Source of the DNA: a virus
Direction: 5' to 3' (one strand)
DNA length: 64,000 bases
Virus record (IMG/VR): IMGVR_UViG_3300045988_151219
Span: 32,001-96,000 of that record
The stretch's first letter is position 1. Each line of letters starts with the position of its first letter. A program made the position numbers and the translations under genes. The notes under the pieces were generated by a model. The model saw nothing but the letters and a program-made list of their open reading frames with translations, was not told where the DNA came from and did not search any database. This document shows positions 7,863 through 16,572 of the stretch, in pieces.

Positions 7863-9071
7863 TTAGCCTAACAGTTTCTTATGTATTTTTACAGACTTGT
7901 TACGTTTCTTGTTAGCTTGAGAAGTGTGGGCTTTCTTGCGTGCTTTTACTAAAGCCATCTTCTGTGCTGAACTTAAACGTTTCTTTCTGGTAGGAATAGT
8001 CTTCTTAACGACTGCCTTATCTCTTACTACTTTTACAGTCTTTTCTTCAATCTTCTCGTCATGGTCATCATCTTCTTCTAAATCTTCTCCGTCTTCTAAT
8101 TCAGTCTCTAAGTCTTCCGGTTCTCCCTCATCTTTAGGTTCTTCCGACATCTTAGCAAAATCATCAGGTTCTTCTCCATCGTCATTTTCCGGCTCTTCGT
8201 CAGAATCAAAATAGTTTGACACCAACGCATCAAAATCAGCCTGATCAGCAAATTCATTAAGTGCTTCTGTTAAAGCGTTAGCAAAAGATGAGCCGTCATA
8301 AAGTGAAGATTGTACATCTAAGTCTTTTGTTACGTCACCTAACATACTGTTTGAGATATTGATTGTTCCTGTAAAGGAATCTGTATTTGCCTGGATATCT
8401 GCTTTTACTTTTACTTCATCAGCATATTCAGTGGTTTTTTCATCAGGGTCTACAACACCCAGCAGTAATGAAAATTCAGTTGAAGCTGTTCCTACTTTAG
8501 TATCATCCAAAGTATTTTCAAATACAATAGGAAGCGGAGAAATACCTAAGAAAATTACATTACCCTCTGTCTCGTGTGAAAGCTTTCCTAAGAAAGTTGA
8601 ACCAATTACAGCGTTAGGAATAGAATCAGAAAGAACTTCTGTATCCCCTTCCGCTTCAAATACTTTCAAAAGCTTTTTGGAAGCATAAGAAGTAAGAGAC
8701 TTAACAAGACCGTCTTTTACCTGCTGTTTGAGCCATGCTAAAGCTTTGCCTGCTCCCTGCTGTTTCATGATATAAAGCATTTTTTCTAAGATAGAATCAA
8801 TATCATCTGATTCATAGAAATAGTCTTTACCATTAATAGTTACTACTATCTGTTTAGGGTCTTTAGCTTTCTTAATATTGAGGTCAAGAGATTCCGTGAT
8901 TTCCGGATTTAATTCTTCCCCTTCTTCTACAGTGTCATCATCTTCTAATACTTCCGGCGGGTCTTTAGGCTCTTCTGCCTGGAAATCCACATCTTCATTA
9001 ATCTTCTTGAGCTTTTTCTTCATCGGTTCTGTGGATTCATTGAGTCTCTGAAAAATTGATTTTACAGACAT
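7863..9071 (-). CDS. Acidic protein with a strongly basic C-terminal tail; member 1 of the N-terminal 'SI..LNE' motif trio (candidate internal/ejected virion protein)
   Basis: 402 aa. N-terminus MSVKSIFQRLNES, long D/E-rich stretches, C-terminus KKTIPTRKKRLSSAQKMALVKARKKAHTSQANKKRNKSVKIHKKLLG. Confidence 0.65.
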   Translation of the reverse strand: MSVKSIFQRLNESTEPMKKKLKKINEDVDFQAEEPKDPPEVLEDDDTVEEGEELNPEITESLDLNIKKAKDPKQIVVTINGKDYFYESDDIDSILEKMLYIMKQQGAGKALAWLKQQVKDGLVKSLTSYASKKLLKVFEAEGDTEVLSDSIPNAVIGSTFLGKLSHETEGNVIFLGISPLPIVFENTLDDTKVGTASTEFSLLLGVVDPDEKTTEYADEVKVKADIQANTDSFTGTINISNSMLGDVTKDLDVQSSLYDGSSFANALTEALNEFADQADFDALVSNYFDSDEEPENDDGEEPDDFAKMSEEPKDEGEPEDLETELEDGEDLEEDDDHDEKIEEKTVKVVRDKAVVKKTIPTRKKRLSSAQKMALVKARKKAHTSQANKKRNKSVKIHKKLLG

Positions 9072-9080
9072 AATTAACTC

Positions 9081-9650
9081 CTATTCTTCATCTTTAATAA
9101 TTTTGTTTGGATTTAAATAAGCTACTCCCTCTTTGTCGACTTCAACAAAGAAAGGCTTTCCATCATTTAAAGCTTTCATCAATTTATTTGAATCAGCTTT
9201 GTCACCAATTATATAATCGAAAATTGAACTTCTGTCTAATGATAAGTTCTGCTCACCATTAAAGGCTATCTGTATAGTCTTGTTATCTACATCAACCAAA
9301 AATCCTAAGTCTTTGTAAATCTGCATATCGTAATCTATTAGAGATTCTTTTATGCCACTGCCTATAACTTCCTCTGAATCATTTTTTAAATCTAAAGATA
9401 AGTCATATGCTAAATCTTTAACTAATCTCGGATTAGCTTCACTAAGATAGCTATATAAGTCTTCTGGTGAATTATATTCATGCAGAAAACGATAAAATAG
9501 AGAATTGGCTAATTCATCAGTCAGATGTATTCCTTTTTCGTTTATATATAAATATTCTTTATTAGAGTCTAATTCATCAAAGGCAGACTCTTTTAAAAAT
9601 CTGATTTTCCTTGACTCGTTTAACCCTTGAATGATTGACTTTAAAGACAT
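9081..9650 (-). CDS. Hypothetical protein; member 2 of the 'SI..LNE' motif trio
   Basis: 189 aa. N-terminus MSLKSIIQGLNES. Confidence 0.65.
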   Translation of the reverse strand: MSLKSIIQGLNESRKIRFLKESAFDELDSNKEYLYINEKGIHLTDELANSLFYRFLHEYNSPEDLYSYLSEANPRLVKDLAYDLSLDLKNDSEEVIGSGIKESLIDYDMQIYKDLGFLVDVDNKTIQIAFNGEQNLSLDRSSIFDYIIGDKADSNKLMKALNDGKPFFVEVDKEGVAYLNPNKIIKDEE

Positions 9651-9659
9651 ATTTACCTC

Positions 9660-10046
9660 TTATAAGTATTCTTTAATAAGGTCTTCGGTTATTTCTCCGT
9701 CATCACCTAAACCATGTACAAACATAACATAGTCTTCATCGTCATAGATTTCAAAATATCCGTTTTCATCTAAGACCCAGGTAGTTCCTTCCGGAATGGT
9801 AATAAAATTCTTCTGATCTCCATCAGCCCATTTCATAATAGCATAAATTTTATTAAGTTCATCAGGCTTAACAAAATTCATTATGCAGTCTTCCGCTGTA
9901 AGCTTAGTTTCATATTTCTTTTTTAATTTGTATTCTTTTCCTACTTCTAATGAACCCATGTTAATTGTTACTTCAACCTGTTCATCGTTTTCGCTTTCAT
10001 TCATTCTTGCTTCGTTCAAGTTACGAATAATTGAATTTACAGCCAT
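9660..10046 (-). CDS. Hypothetical acidic protein; member 3 of the 'SI..LNE' motif trio
   Basis: 128 aa. N-terminus MAVNSIIRNLNEA. Confidence 0.65.
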   Translation of the reverse strand: MAVNSIIRNLNEARMNESENDEQVEVTINMGSLEVGKEYKLKKKYETKLTAEDCIMNFVKPDELNKIYAIMKWADGDQKNFITIPEGTTWVLDENGYFEIYDDEDYVMFVHGLGDDGEITEDLIKEYL

Positions 10047-10074
10047 CTTTCACTACTCCTTGTAATTAATATTT

Positions 10075-10106
10075 TAGTAAGAGGGAGATTATGTTCCCTC
10101 TTACTA
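10075..10106 (-). other. Strong stem-loop between the sheath gene and the next gene (no U tract)
   Basis: 12-bp perfect stem tagtaagaggga (10075-10086) / tccctcttacta (10095-10106) with an 8-nt loop. Neither strand has a clear U run after it. Confidence 0.45.
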
Positions 10107-10119
10107 AGTATATATAATC

Positions 10120-11949
10120 TTATTTTTCTCCGTCTAATTTGATATTCTTTGTAGCGTCTTCTTCTGAATAAGAAGTGATTCCATCTTTAGAAAGTACATA
10201 AGAAATATCAATATATTCAGCCGGTTTTATAATAGCAACTTTGATAAGTCCAGGCATCCGCCCATTATCAATATCTTCCTGTGATACTGTAGTTTCATCC
10301 ATCTTAAGGATATAATCATATATACCCCTGGATTCTTTTACCGCTCTGAAATAGGGGTCAAGTCTTAATTTCCATCTATTCCACGTATTCAATTCGTTCT
10401 GGTCAAACAAGAAATCAAGGGATTCTCTTAAAATGACTTTACGGAAATAGTTAGAAAGACGTCTTGCGTTGATATAACGTAAAGATTTATTAGTAGCGTA
10501 TTCGTCATAAACTTTAGAAGTACGAACACCCATTAAGCATAAGCCTTTTCCTCTAACATCTACAACGGAGTTTATATTTGTATCCGTGGAGTAAAGCATA
10601 TCCCGCTGTTCTTTTGTAGTAGAGTATTCAAGTCCATCAAGACCTACTACTTTACCACGGTTTACACCTGCCGGAGAAATCCATTCATGAGATACATTGT
10701 CAGAAGCTGTAAAGGTTGCTGCAATATATGGTGTAATATCTACTAAATCAATCTGTCCGGTAATAGCATTTCTAATATATCCGTTCGGATAAGTTAAGAA
10801 AATGTGTGAGTTATCAAATTTGTATCCTGTATCAACAAATTCTCCGTAAGCTCGTACATAATCTCTTGCCTGTTCAGGAGTAAGTCCGAAAGGAAGTGAC
10901 GGCAAATAAACTAAATCTTTACGATAGTTTATAATCTTTTCCGCTTCTTCATATACTTTCCTGTCAAACCATCCAGGAACTACTAAAGTAGCATAGTCAA
11001 CACGGTCCGGGTCATATAAGGATTTCATCCCTGAATTACCCTCGCCTATAACATCATCTACTGTAACGTCTAATCCTGAATTGCCGTCAGCTAATACAGT
11101 GTCAAGGTCAGCAGCATCAGCTTTAGTATATCCATCTTTTACTATACAAGTTACATAAGAAGAGAATCTGTTAATGATATTTCCAATAAAAGATATCTCT
11201 TTCGGGTCTATACTGCAACGATAGGTTTCTACCATATCCCCATCTTTATTAGCCAAAGTATACACTATTTTAGTTGAGTCATCAGTAGAAAGCTTAAGTG
11301 AAATCTTGTAGTCATTATAGTATGACGTCAAGTCTTTCGTATTAAATTTAATCCACGGCTCAACTCCTGCCGGCTTCTTATATTTATAATCAGCTTTTGC
11401 AGTTACAGTTCCTGTTGGAGCCGTGTCAAAGTTGATTTCTACTTTACCATTTACATAATTTACAGTGCCTTCGTAACCTATCTTATCACAAAGAAGTTTA
11501 CCTGCCTGGTTATCTTTCAGAACAATTTCTTTTGTGTCAAAAGTTACAAAAACAGTAGTAGAACCTTTAAGAAGAGGTTTATTGCTAAGTGTTGCACTAA
11601 ATTTTTTACCTTCAGTATCTTTTGTAAGCGTAAGTGCTTCGTCAGCTACAAACTTATACGGTGAAAAAGTAGAAGCTACACTTGCATTTTTACTAATTAC
11701 ACGCTGAAACCATACTTCTTTGTTAGTAGTTAGACCTACAAGCATAGCTCGTACAGCACTGTTATTAGCTATAGGATTACCAAATAAATTAATTGCCTGT
11801 TTGACTGAACTTACTAAAGTTAATTCCAGTGGACCCTTAATAGCTACACCCACAATTGCAGTAGCGTTAGAGATTTTGACTACGGAATCGCCCTGTTCTT
11901 CAATCTCTGATACAGACACTCTGGGAGCTACGCCATTATATTCTGCCAT
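10120..11949 (-). CDS. Contractile tail sheath protein
   Basis: 609 aa. C-terminal blocks WISPAGVNRGKVVGL and NINSVVDVRGKGLCLMGVRT are typical of phage sheath proteins. Size and position in the structural module fit. Confidence 0.85.
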   Translation of the reverse strand: MAEYNGVAPRVSVSEIEEQGDSVVKISNATAIVGVAIKGPLELTLVSSVKQAINLFGNPIANNSAVRAMLVGLTTNKEVWFQRVISKNASVASTFSPYKFVADEALTLTKDTEGKKFSATLSNKPLLKGSTTVFVTFDTKEIVLKDNQAGKLLCDKIGYEGTVNYVNGKVEINFDTAPTGTVTAKADYKYKKPAGVEPWIKFNTKDLTSYYNDYKISLKLSTDDSTKIVYTLANKDGDMVETYRCSIDPKEISFIGNIINRFSSYVTCIVKDGYTKADAADLDTVLADGNSGLDVTVDDVIGEGNSGMKSLYDPDRVDYATLVVPGWFDRKVYEEAEKIINYRKDLVYLPSLPFGLTPEQARDYVRAYGEFVDTGYKFDNSHIFLTYPNGYIRNAITGQIDLVDITPYIAATFTASDNVSHEWISPAGVNRGKVVGLDGLEYSTTKEQRDMLYSTDTNINSVVDVRGKGLCLMGVRTSKVYDEYATNKSLRYINARRLSNYFRKVILRESLDFLFDQNELNTWNRWKLRLDPYFRAVKESRGIYDYILKMDETTVSQEDIDNGRMPGLIKVAIIKPAEYIDISYVLSKDGITSYSEEDATKNIKLDGEK

Positions 11950-11964
11950 AAGATTTTTACTCCT

Positions 11965-12312
11965 TTACTTTAACTTAATTCTTAACTCTTTCAGATTGAA
12001 TTTGTTATAGAAATCTGATTTAATAACAGATTTAACTACTACAGTGTCTTCTATATTAAATTCAAACTGGTCGCCTTCAATACCGTTTACTGTAGTAGTT
12101 ACTTCCGGAATGTTGTTTACAAATAAAATGTATTTTCCATCCCTTACTATTCTTAACTTCTTAATAGACGGGTCAGCTAATTGTTTAATTTGAGTTGTCA
12201 GACTCTTAACTAATATATAATCGTGTGGTTGAAGATTATATTGTATATTGCTACCCTCATAGTTAGGTAAAATTATTCCAATATCTTCCCTTGAGATGTT
12301 ATATACTTTCAA
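11965..12312 (-). CDS. Hypothetical structural-module protein (115 aa)
   Basis: Part of the overlapping-stop/start chain between the capsid and sheath genes. Confidence 0.6.
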   Translation of the reverse strand: MKVYNISREDIGIILPNYEGSNIQYNLQPHDYILVKSLTTQIKQLADPSIKKLRIVRDGKYILFVNNIPEVTTTVNGIEGDQFEFNIEDTVVVKSVIKSDFYNKFNLKELRIKLK

Positions 12313-12905
12313 TCTTCAACCTCCTCTCCTTTCTCGATAACGTACTGATGAATAGGAATATGAGAAACTACAGGAGAATCTTTTAAGAAAGGTAAATCAG
12401 CATTCTGTATCTCAAGATTGACAGTCTCTCTATATAGTCTTCCTTTATCATCAAAAGATGAAAAATCTGTCTGTGACTGGTTATCTATTAGCTTAAGCGT
12501 ATAATCTTCTTCTAAAGCTACAGTGTCTGACAGATTAAAGACCACATGCAAAGAGTCATTGATATATAAGAACATACAAAGTTCTTTGAAAATATCATCA
12601 ACTTCTCGTCTTCGGTCAGAATAAATATCTATCTGGTAAGTTATTAAAACCGGTAATGATTGTATGGCTGTAACAGTCTTATTGTCTTTAGAGTATGCTT
12701 TATATCCTGAACGTATCCTGGCATCAGTTGATTTATCAAAAGCTAATACATTGGAAATACGCCATATAGTAATGATTGGTAAATTTAATACTGCATCATT
12801 TTCTATGGCGTCTGAATACATTTTTTCTTCGTGAGCTATCTCTGTATTCTCAAAGACATTCTGTATTTTCTTTTCTAAAGCTTCGTCAAAACACTGTAAA
12901 CTCAT
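12309..12905 (-). CDS. Hypothetical head-tail joining/neck-module protein (198 aa)
   Basis: 4-nt overlaps with both neighbours (translational coupling). Call rests on position only. Confidence 0.6.
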   Translation of the reverse strand: MSLQCFDEALEKKIQNVFENTEIAHEEKMYSDAIENDAVLNLPIITIWRISNVLAFDKSTDARIRSGYKAYSKDNKTVTAIQSLPVLITYQIDIYSDRRREVDDIFKELCMFLYINDSLHVVFNLSDTVALEEDYTLKLIDNQSQTDFSSFDDKGRLYRETVNLEIQNADLPFLKDSPVVSHIPIHQYVIEKGEEVED

Positions 12906-13321
12906 TTTCCTACCACCGAATCAATATAAAGTGCATATAAATTAAAGAGATTATCTTTATATTTCCAGTAAGTCTGCCTAATAAAAGGATGTGGCGGAAG
13001 TGCTAATAATCTGCTTCCATACTCATAAAGCCTTACTATTTCCGAATAATATAATCCTGTTTCTTCGTCTTCCCCATCTTTTACTGTCAGAAAGATATTA
13101 GGATGTGAAGAATCTAATACCAGTTTATCTAATACAAATTTAGTCTTCATTCTTAAAGATTCTGATTTTGTAGTCTGTATGACATTCTCATACTCTTTAA
13201 CTAAATCAGCATAAAATCTTTCCATTATAAAAAGGTCAAATTTATGTCTTTCTTTAGGGTCATTTATATTATTCTCTTCGGATGGGTGCCATGATGTTCC
13301 TATTGGTATAAACCATATCAT
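12902..13321 (-). CDS. Hypothetical head-tail joining/neck-module protein (139 aa)
   Basis: 4-nt overlaps with both neighbours. Call rests on position only. Confidence 0.6.
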   Translation of the reverse strand: MIWFIPIGTSWHPSEENNINDPKERHKFDLFIMERFYADLVKEYENVIQTTKSESLRMKTKFVLDKLVLDSSHPNIFLTVKDGEDEETGLYYSEIVRLYEYGSRLLALPPHPFIRQTYWKYKDNLFNLYALYIDSVVGK

Positions 13322-13836
13322 TTCTTCTGTGTCCTTAAATAAGTATAACCAGCTTCATTAACTCCATTTACAGTTGAATGATAACCCTCTAAATCAGGTC
13401 TCATTGAGACTTTAGGTCTGTACGGAGTGAGTGAACAAATAAACATCAGCGGGTCAATAGAAGACCCTCTCACTTTCTGTACTATAAAGAATCTTTCAGA
13501 CGATATAACTCTCTTTGAGTTAATCTGTATCTTCATCTGGTCTCGTACTTCAAACCCATCTTCATTATTATCTAATGGAGCTATATAAGCTAAGAACGGA
13601 AGTTCTTCGTCTTCGGTCAGCCAGTTATATCTTTTTAAAATAGGTCTCGGATTAGATTCAAAGATTAACCCTATGTGCCTTGCGTCCGAATAAGATACTG
13701 ATTTATCAAAGTACATATCTTCTTCTACTGAATCTGCGGGATATAAATAGGCATCTTGACCAATTAATTTTAATGCTTCCGCATAGTATCTTTGGTATTG
13801 GTCAAACTCCCTATCTACCATCATTAATTCTGCCAT
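13318..13836 (-). CDS. Hypothetical head-tail joining/neck-module protein (172 aa)
   Basis: Coupled gene chain. Call rests on position only. Confidence 0.6.
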   Translation of the reverse strand: MAELMMVDREFDQYQRYYAEALKLIGQDAYLYPADSVEEDMYFDKSVSYSDARHIGLIFESNPRPILKRYNWLTEDEELPFLAYIAPLDNNEDGFEVRDQMKIQINSKRVISSERFFIVQKVRGSSIDPLMFICSLTPYRPKVSMRPDLEGYHSTVNGVNEAGYTYLRTQKK

Positions 13837-13841
13837 AGTTA

Positions 13842-14498
13842 TTATGTCCTACTATCAGAATAAATAATAAACGGACCAAACGGCTTCTCCGTCAAGTCAT
13901 TTTCAAGAACTTGTCTTTCCTGCTGTGCCTCGCTTAACAGTGTGTCTCCGTCTAACTCGATAGGAATGTTAGGAGATTTAAACTTAGACCTGATTCTTCC
14001 TACAGTCTCCTTGCATAAAGATAAAGCGTATGACTGAATCCAGTCTATAGCCTGCTCATCTTGAAGTTCGTCTAATGTAGGTGTAGTTAAACATTGTGCC
14101 GTTACTCTGCCCTGGAAAGCTACGTTATTATCTAAATATAAAAATCCATCTATAAACCGATAGCTGATAGAATCATCTACTATCGGATATGACCCTAAGA
14201 TATACTTTTTAATATCTTTCCGCCTTAAATCAATCGTTTCAAAATCAAATAGACGGTTACCTGTTAGTATAGATTGTGTAGTCCTAAAACACCTAATGAC
14301 TTCATGAACGTTTTCTTTTCGTAAGTCAATAGATGTCATATAAGGTTTAGTTATATATTTCTCTTCCGCTATATAAGGTTTTACTTTTCTATAGGCTTTT
14401 CGTATTAGTCTGGCTATATCTTCATCGGATATTTCCAGTCTTAATACAGACCCACCTAATTGCAGTTTTATATCCTCAACGGTGTCCTGTACGTTCAT
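13842..14498 (-). CDS. Hypothetical head-tail joining/neck-module protein (218 aa)
   Basis: Lies in the capsid-to-sheath gene chain. N-terminus reads VEDIKLQLGGSVLRLEISDEDIARLIRKAYRKV; no family recognised. Confidence 0.6.
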   Translation of the reverse strand: MNVQDTVEDIKLQLGGSVLRLEISDEDIARLIRKAYRKVKPYIAEEKYITKPYMTSIDLRKENVHEVIRCFRTTQSILTGNRLFDFETIDLRRKDIKKYILGSYPIVDDSISYRFIDGFLYLDNNVAFQGRVTAQCLTTPTLDELQDEQAIDWIQSYALSLCKETVGRIRSKFKSPNIPIELDGDTLLSEAQQERQVLENDLTEKPFGPFIIYSDSRT

Positions 14499-14958
14499 TC
14501 TGCTGATACTCCAGTATTTGATTAGCTATGTACGTTTTCGGAGAAGAATCTGATACTACTAAGTCAAAAGATTTAGCAATAGAGATAAGCTCAATTAAAG
14601 TCTTCTTCATCAATTTAGATTTTGTAAAGACTTCTTTTTTATTCTCTTCTTTAACTGCTTCCTCTAAACTTTCCGGATTTGCTTCTTCTACCTTATTCTC
14701 TTCTTTTTCAGCTATAACTTCTTCTACTTTATCAGGAACTTCTTTAAATCTCAACTCAACAAAGATTCTGCGATAACGTTTATAGTACAGTTCTTCATCA
14801 CGTGAGATTTCTCCTAAAAAGTAAGAGTGTGCCGGATAGATGTTAATAGAATCTTTATATTCTACAATCTTTCCGTTTATTTCTTTCTTCTTGAAACCGT
14901 ACAAAAATACATTTACTAATGAATAAGAATTGTTGTACAAATAAGCTTGTCTTGACAT
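14476..14958 (-). CDS. Hypothetical protein with K/E-rich centre (160 aa)
   Basis: First gene after the capsid-gene terminator. GGAAGGAG RBS upstream. Confidence 0.6.
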   Translation of the reverse strand: MSRQAYLYNNSYSLVNVFLYGFKKKEINGKIVEYKDSINIYPAHSYFLGEISRDEELYYKRYRRIFVELRFKEVPDKVEEVIAEKEENKVEEANPESLEEAVKEENKKEVFTKSKLMKKTLIELISIAKSFDLVVSDSSPKTYIANQILEYQQNERTGHR

Positions 14959-14997
14959 TATTTTCTCCTTCCTAACACATAAATATATGTTATGTCT

Positions 14998-15008
14998 TAA
15001 GATATAAG
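14998..15008 (-). promoter_or_regulatory. CTTATATCTTA motif (candidate late-promoter element), copy 1
   Basis: Minus-strand CTTATATCTTA lies immediately 3' of the capsid terminator hairpin and 39 nt upstream of ATG 14958. The same 11-mer occurs at 37177-37187. Confidence 0.25.
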
Positions 15009-15040
15009 AAAGCCGCCTCCGTTAATCAGAAGCGGCTTTC
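15008..15040 (-). terminator. Terminator hairpin downstream of the major capsid gene
   Basis: 9-bp GC-rich stem gaaagccgc (15008-15016) / gcggctttc (15032-15040). T-rich on both flanks, so possibly bidirectional. Confidence 0.65.
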
Positions 15041-15082
15041 TTTTTATTATTTTATAACTGTGTGAGCAGTCATAAACTAAGA

Positions 15083-16558
15083 TTAATGTCCGTCAGACGC
15101 CTGTTTTTCATAGAAAATTGTACCCCGAACATAAAGATTCGGTTCAATCATTCTCTTAGCGTAAGACGTTGCATATCCACGGCGACCCATAAAGTCGTCC
15201 AACATTACCAGTTCAGTGTTGTAGAACATCATGTAGGGACTATATACAAACCCTGTATCAATCAGCGTATCGCCTTTGTAACCTACCAGGTAATCGTTTT
15301 CACCTAAGAACGGGTCAAAGTATACGTCTACCTGTCCATCAAGTTTACCTGCAAAATACGGACCAGCTGCCGGAGCTGCTGAACCCTGAAAGCGGGGAGC
15401 CCCTACCATGTTTAAGAGGTCCTGTGCTTTCTTTCCGCAAACTACCCAATTACCGCGGACACGTTTTGTACGGTTGTAAATTGCGTTACACTGTACATGA
15501 ATTTCATTTACGAAAGTCTGAGCCCATTCAGACTGCGAAATGTTAGCTGCAAAAGCGTTGTAGTAGTTATTGAATGAAGAAACAGCTTTAGTACCGTTCC
15601 AAATAGAATTAATGATATCACCGTCAGTTTCATGTTTCAGTTCATTAGCAGCTGCAACAAGCAGTGATTCAGCAATATCAATACCCTGTGCCATCTGGAT
15701 ATCATAAGCTGCATCCAGTGAGAACAGTGAACGGAGCTTTCTCGGCTTAGCAGTTACAAACGTATCAGAAATCTGGATATTGATTTCCGGTACTGCTGCC
15801 GGAGCATATTCTAAATCCTGTTCATAAGAAATAGATACATCGTGAGGACCAGCAACAATGCCCGCAAGTTCTACTACGCCGGTAGCATAGTCAACAGTAC
15901 CTGTAATAGTTCCGCCAGTTGCTTCTGCTAATACTCCATCAGAAGAGTCTTCAACAACTGCATCACCTACGTGGATTAATACAGTTCCAGGAACTACCGG
16001 TACATTTTCAATAGACGTTTTATAAGTAGCAGTAGCTGTCGGTTCATGTGCTTCATCTTCAACTACTTCGCCAGTATAGTTACGTCCATTGTAACCGGCA
16101 GTTTCAAACTGCCCAAATAAAGTATCGCCTTTTTTATTGCGACCTCTGTTTGTACCACGGACATATTTCAGGAAGAAAATCTGCCCCTGTTTCTGCTGCA
16201 AAGGCTGTACAGATACAAGCTGTTCAGCAATGATGTTCGGAAAGACTCCCGTGATCACATCGAAAGCCTGGCGTTTCAGATTCAGTGTATTAACGTTACC
16301 TGAATTATTATATTTGTAAGACTGTGTACCGCTGATTCCGAAAGTCGGGTCAGCAGCTTCGTAAATGGGATGACCCATAGTCTTGCAGTTATACGCCTGG
16401 TCTACTGATTCAAGAAGCATTCCCAAACGAATCTTTTCTTCGTCAGAAAATGAACGACCTTTTGAACGACGGTCTGCTTCTACACAGTCCATACGTCCTT
16501 TGTACTTTTTAAGCAGATATTCACTCTGCTGATATAATTTACTCTGCCATGATTCCAT
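15083..16558 (-). CDS. Major capsid protein
   Basis: 491 aa, immediately downstream of the protease-scaffold gene and followed by a terminator. GC content is visibly higher than its surroundings (highly expressed gene). Possible maturation site ..GMLLE|S at aa 50. Confidence 0.75.
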   Translation of the reverse strand: MESWQSKLYQQSEYLLKKYKGRMDCVEADRRSKGRSFSDEEKIRLGMLLESVDQAYNCKTMGHPIYEAADPTFGISGTQSYKYNNSGNVNTLNLKRQAFDVITGVFPNIIAEQLVSVQPLQQKQGQIFFLKYVRGTNRGRNKKGDTLFGQFETAGYNGRNYTGEVVEDEAHEPTATATYKTSIENVPVVPGTVLIHVGDAVVEDSSDGVLAEATGGTITGTVDYATGVVELAGIVAGPHDVSISYEQDLEYAPAAVPEINIQISDTFVTAKPRKLRSLFSLDAAYDIQMAQGIDIAESLLVAAANELKHETDGDIINSIWNGTKAVSSFNNYYNAFAANISQSEWAQTFVNEIHVQCNAIYNRTKRVRGNWVVCGKKAQDLLNMVGAPRFQGSAAPAAGPYFAGKLDGQVDVYFDPFLGENDYLVGYKGDTLIDTGFVYSPYMMFYNTELVMLDDFMGRRGYATSYAKRMIEPNLYVRGTIFYEKQASDGH

Positions 16559-16572
16559 ACACTATTACCCCT

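Noticed and set aside
9660-10046. Tail tube protein, by its position immediately after the sheath gene
   Set aside because: Its N-terminus belongs to the SI..LNE motif trio and it shows no tube-like blocks. A clear gp19-like tube protein is encoded at 1048-1575.
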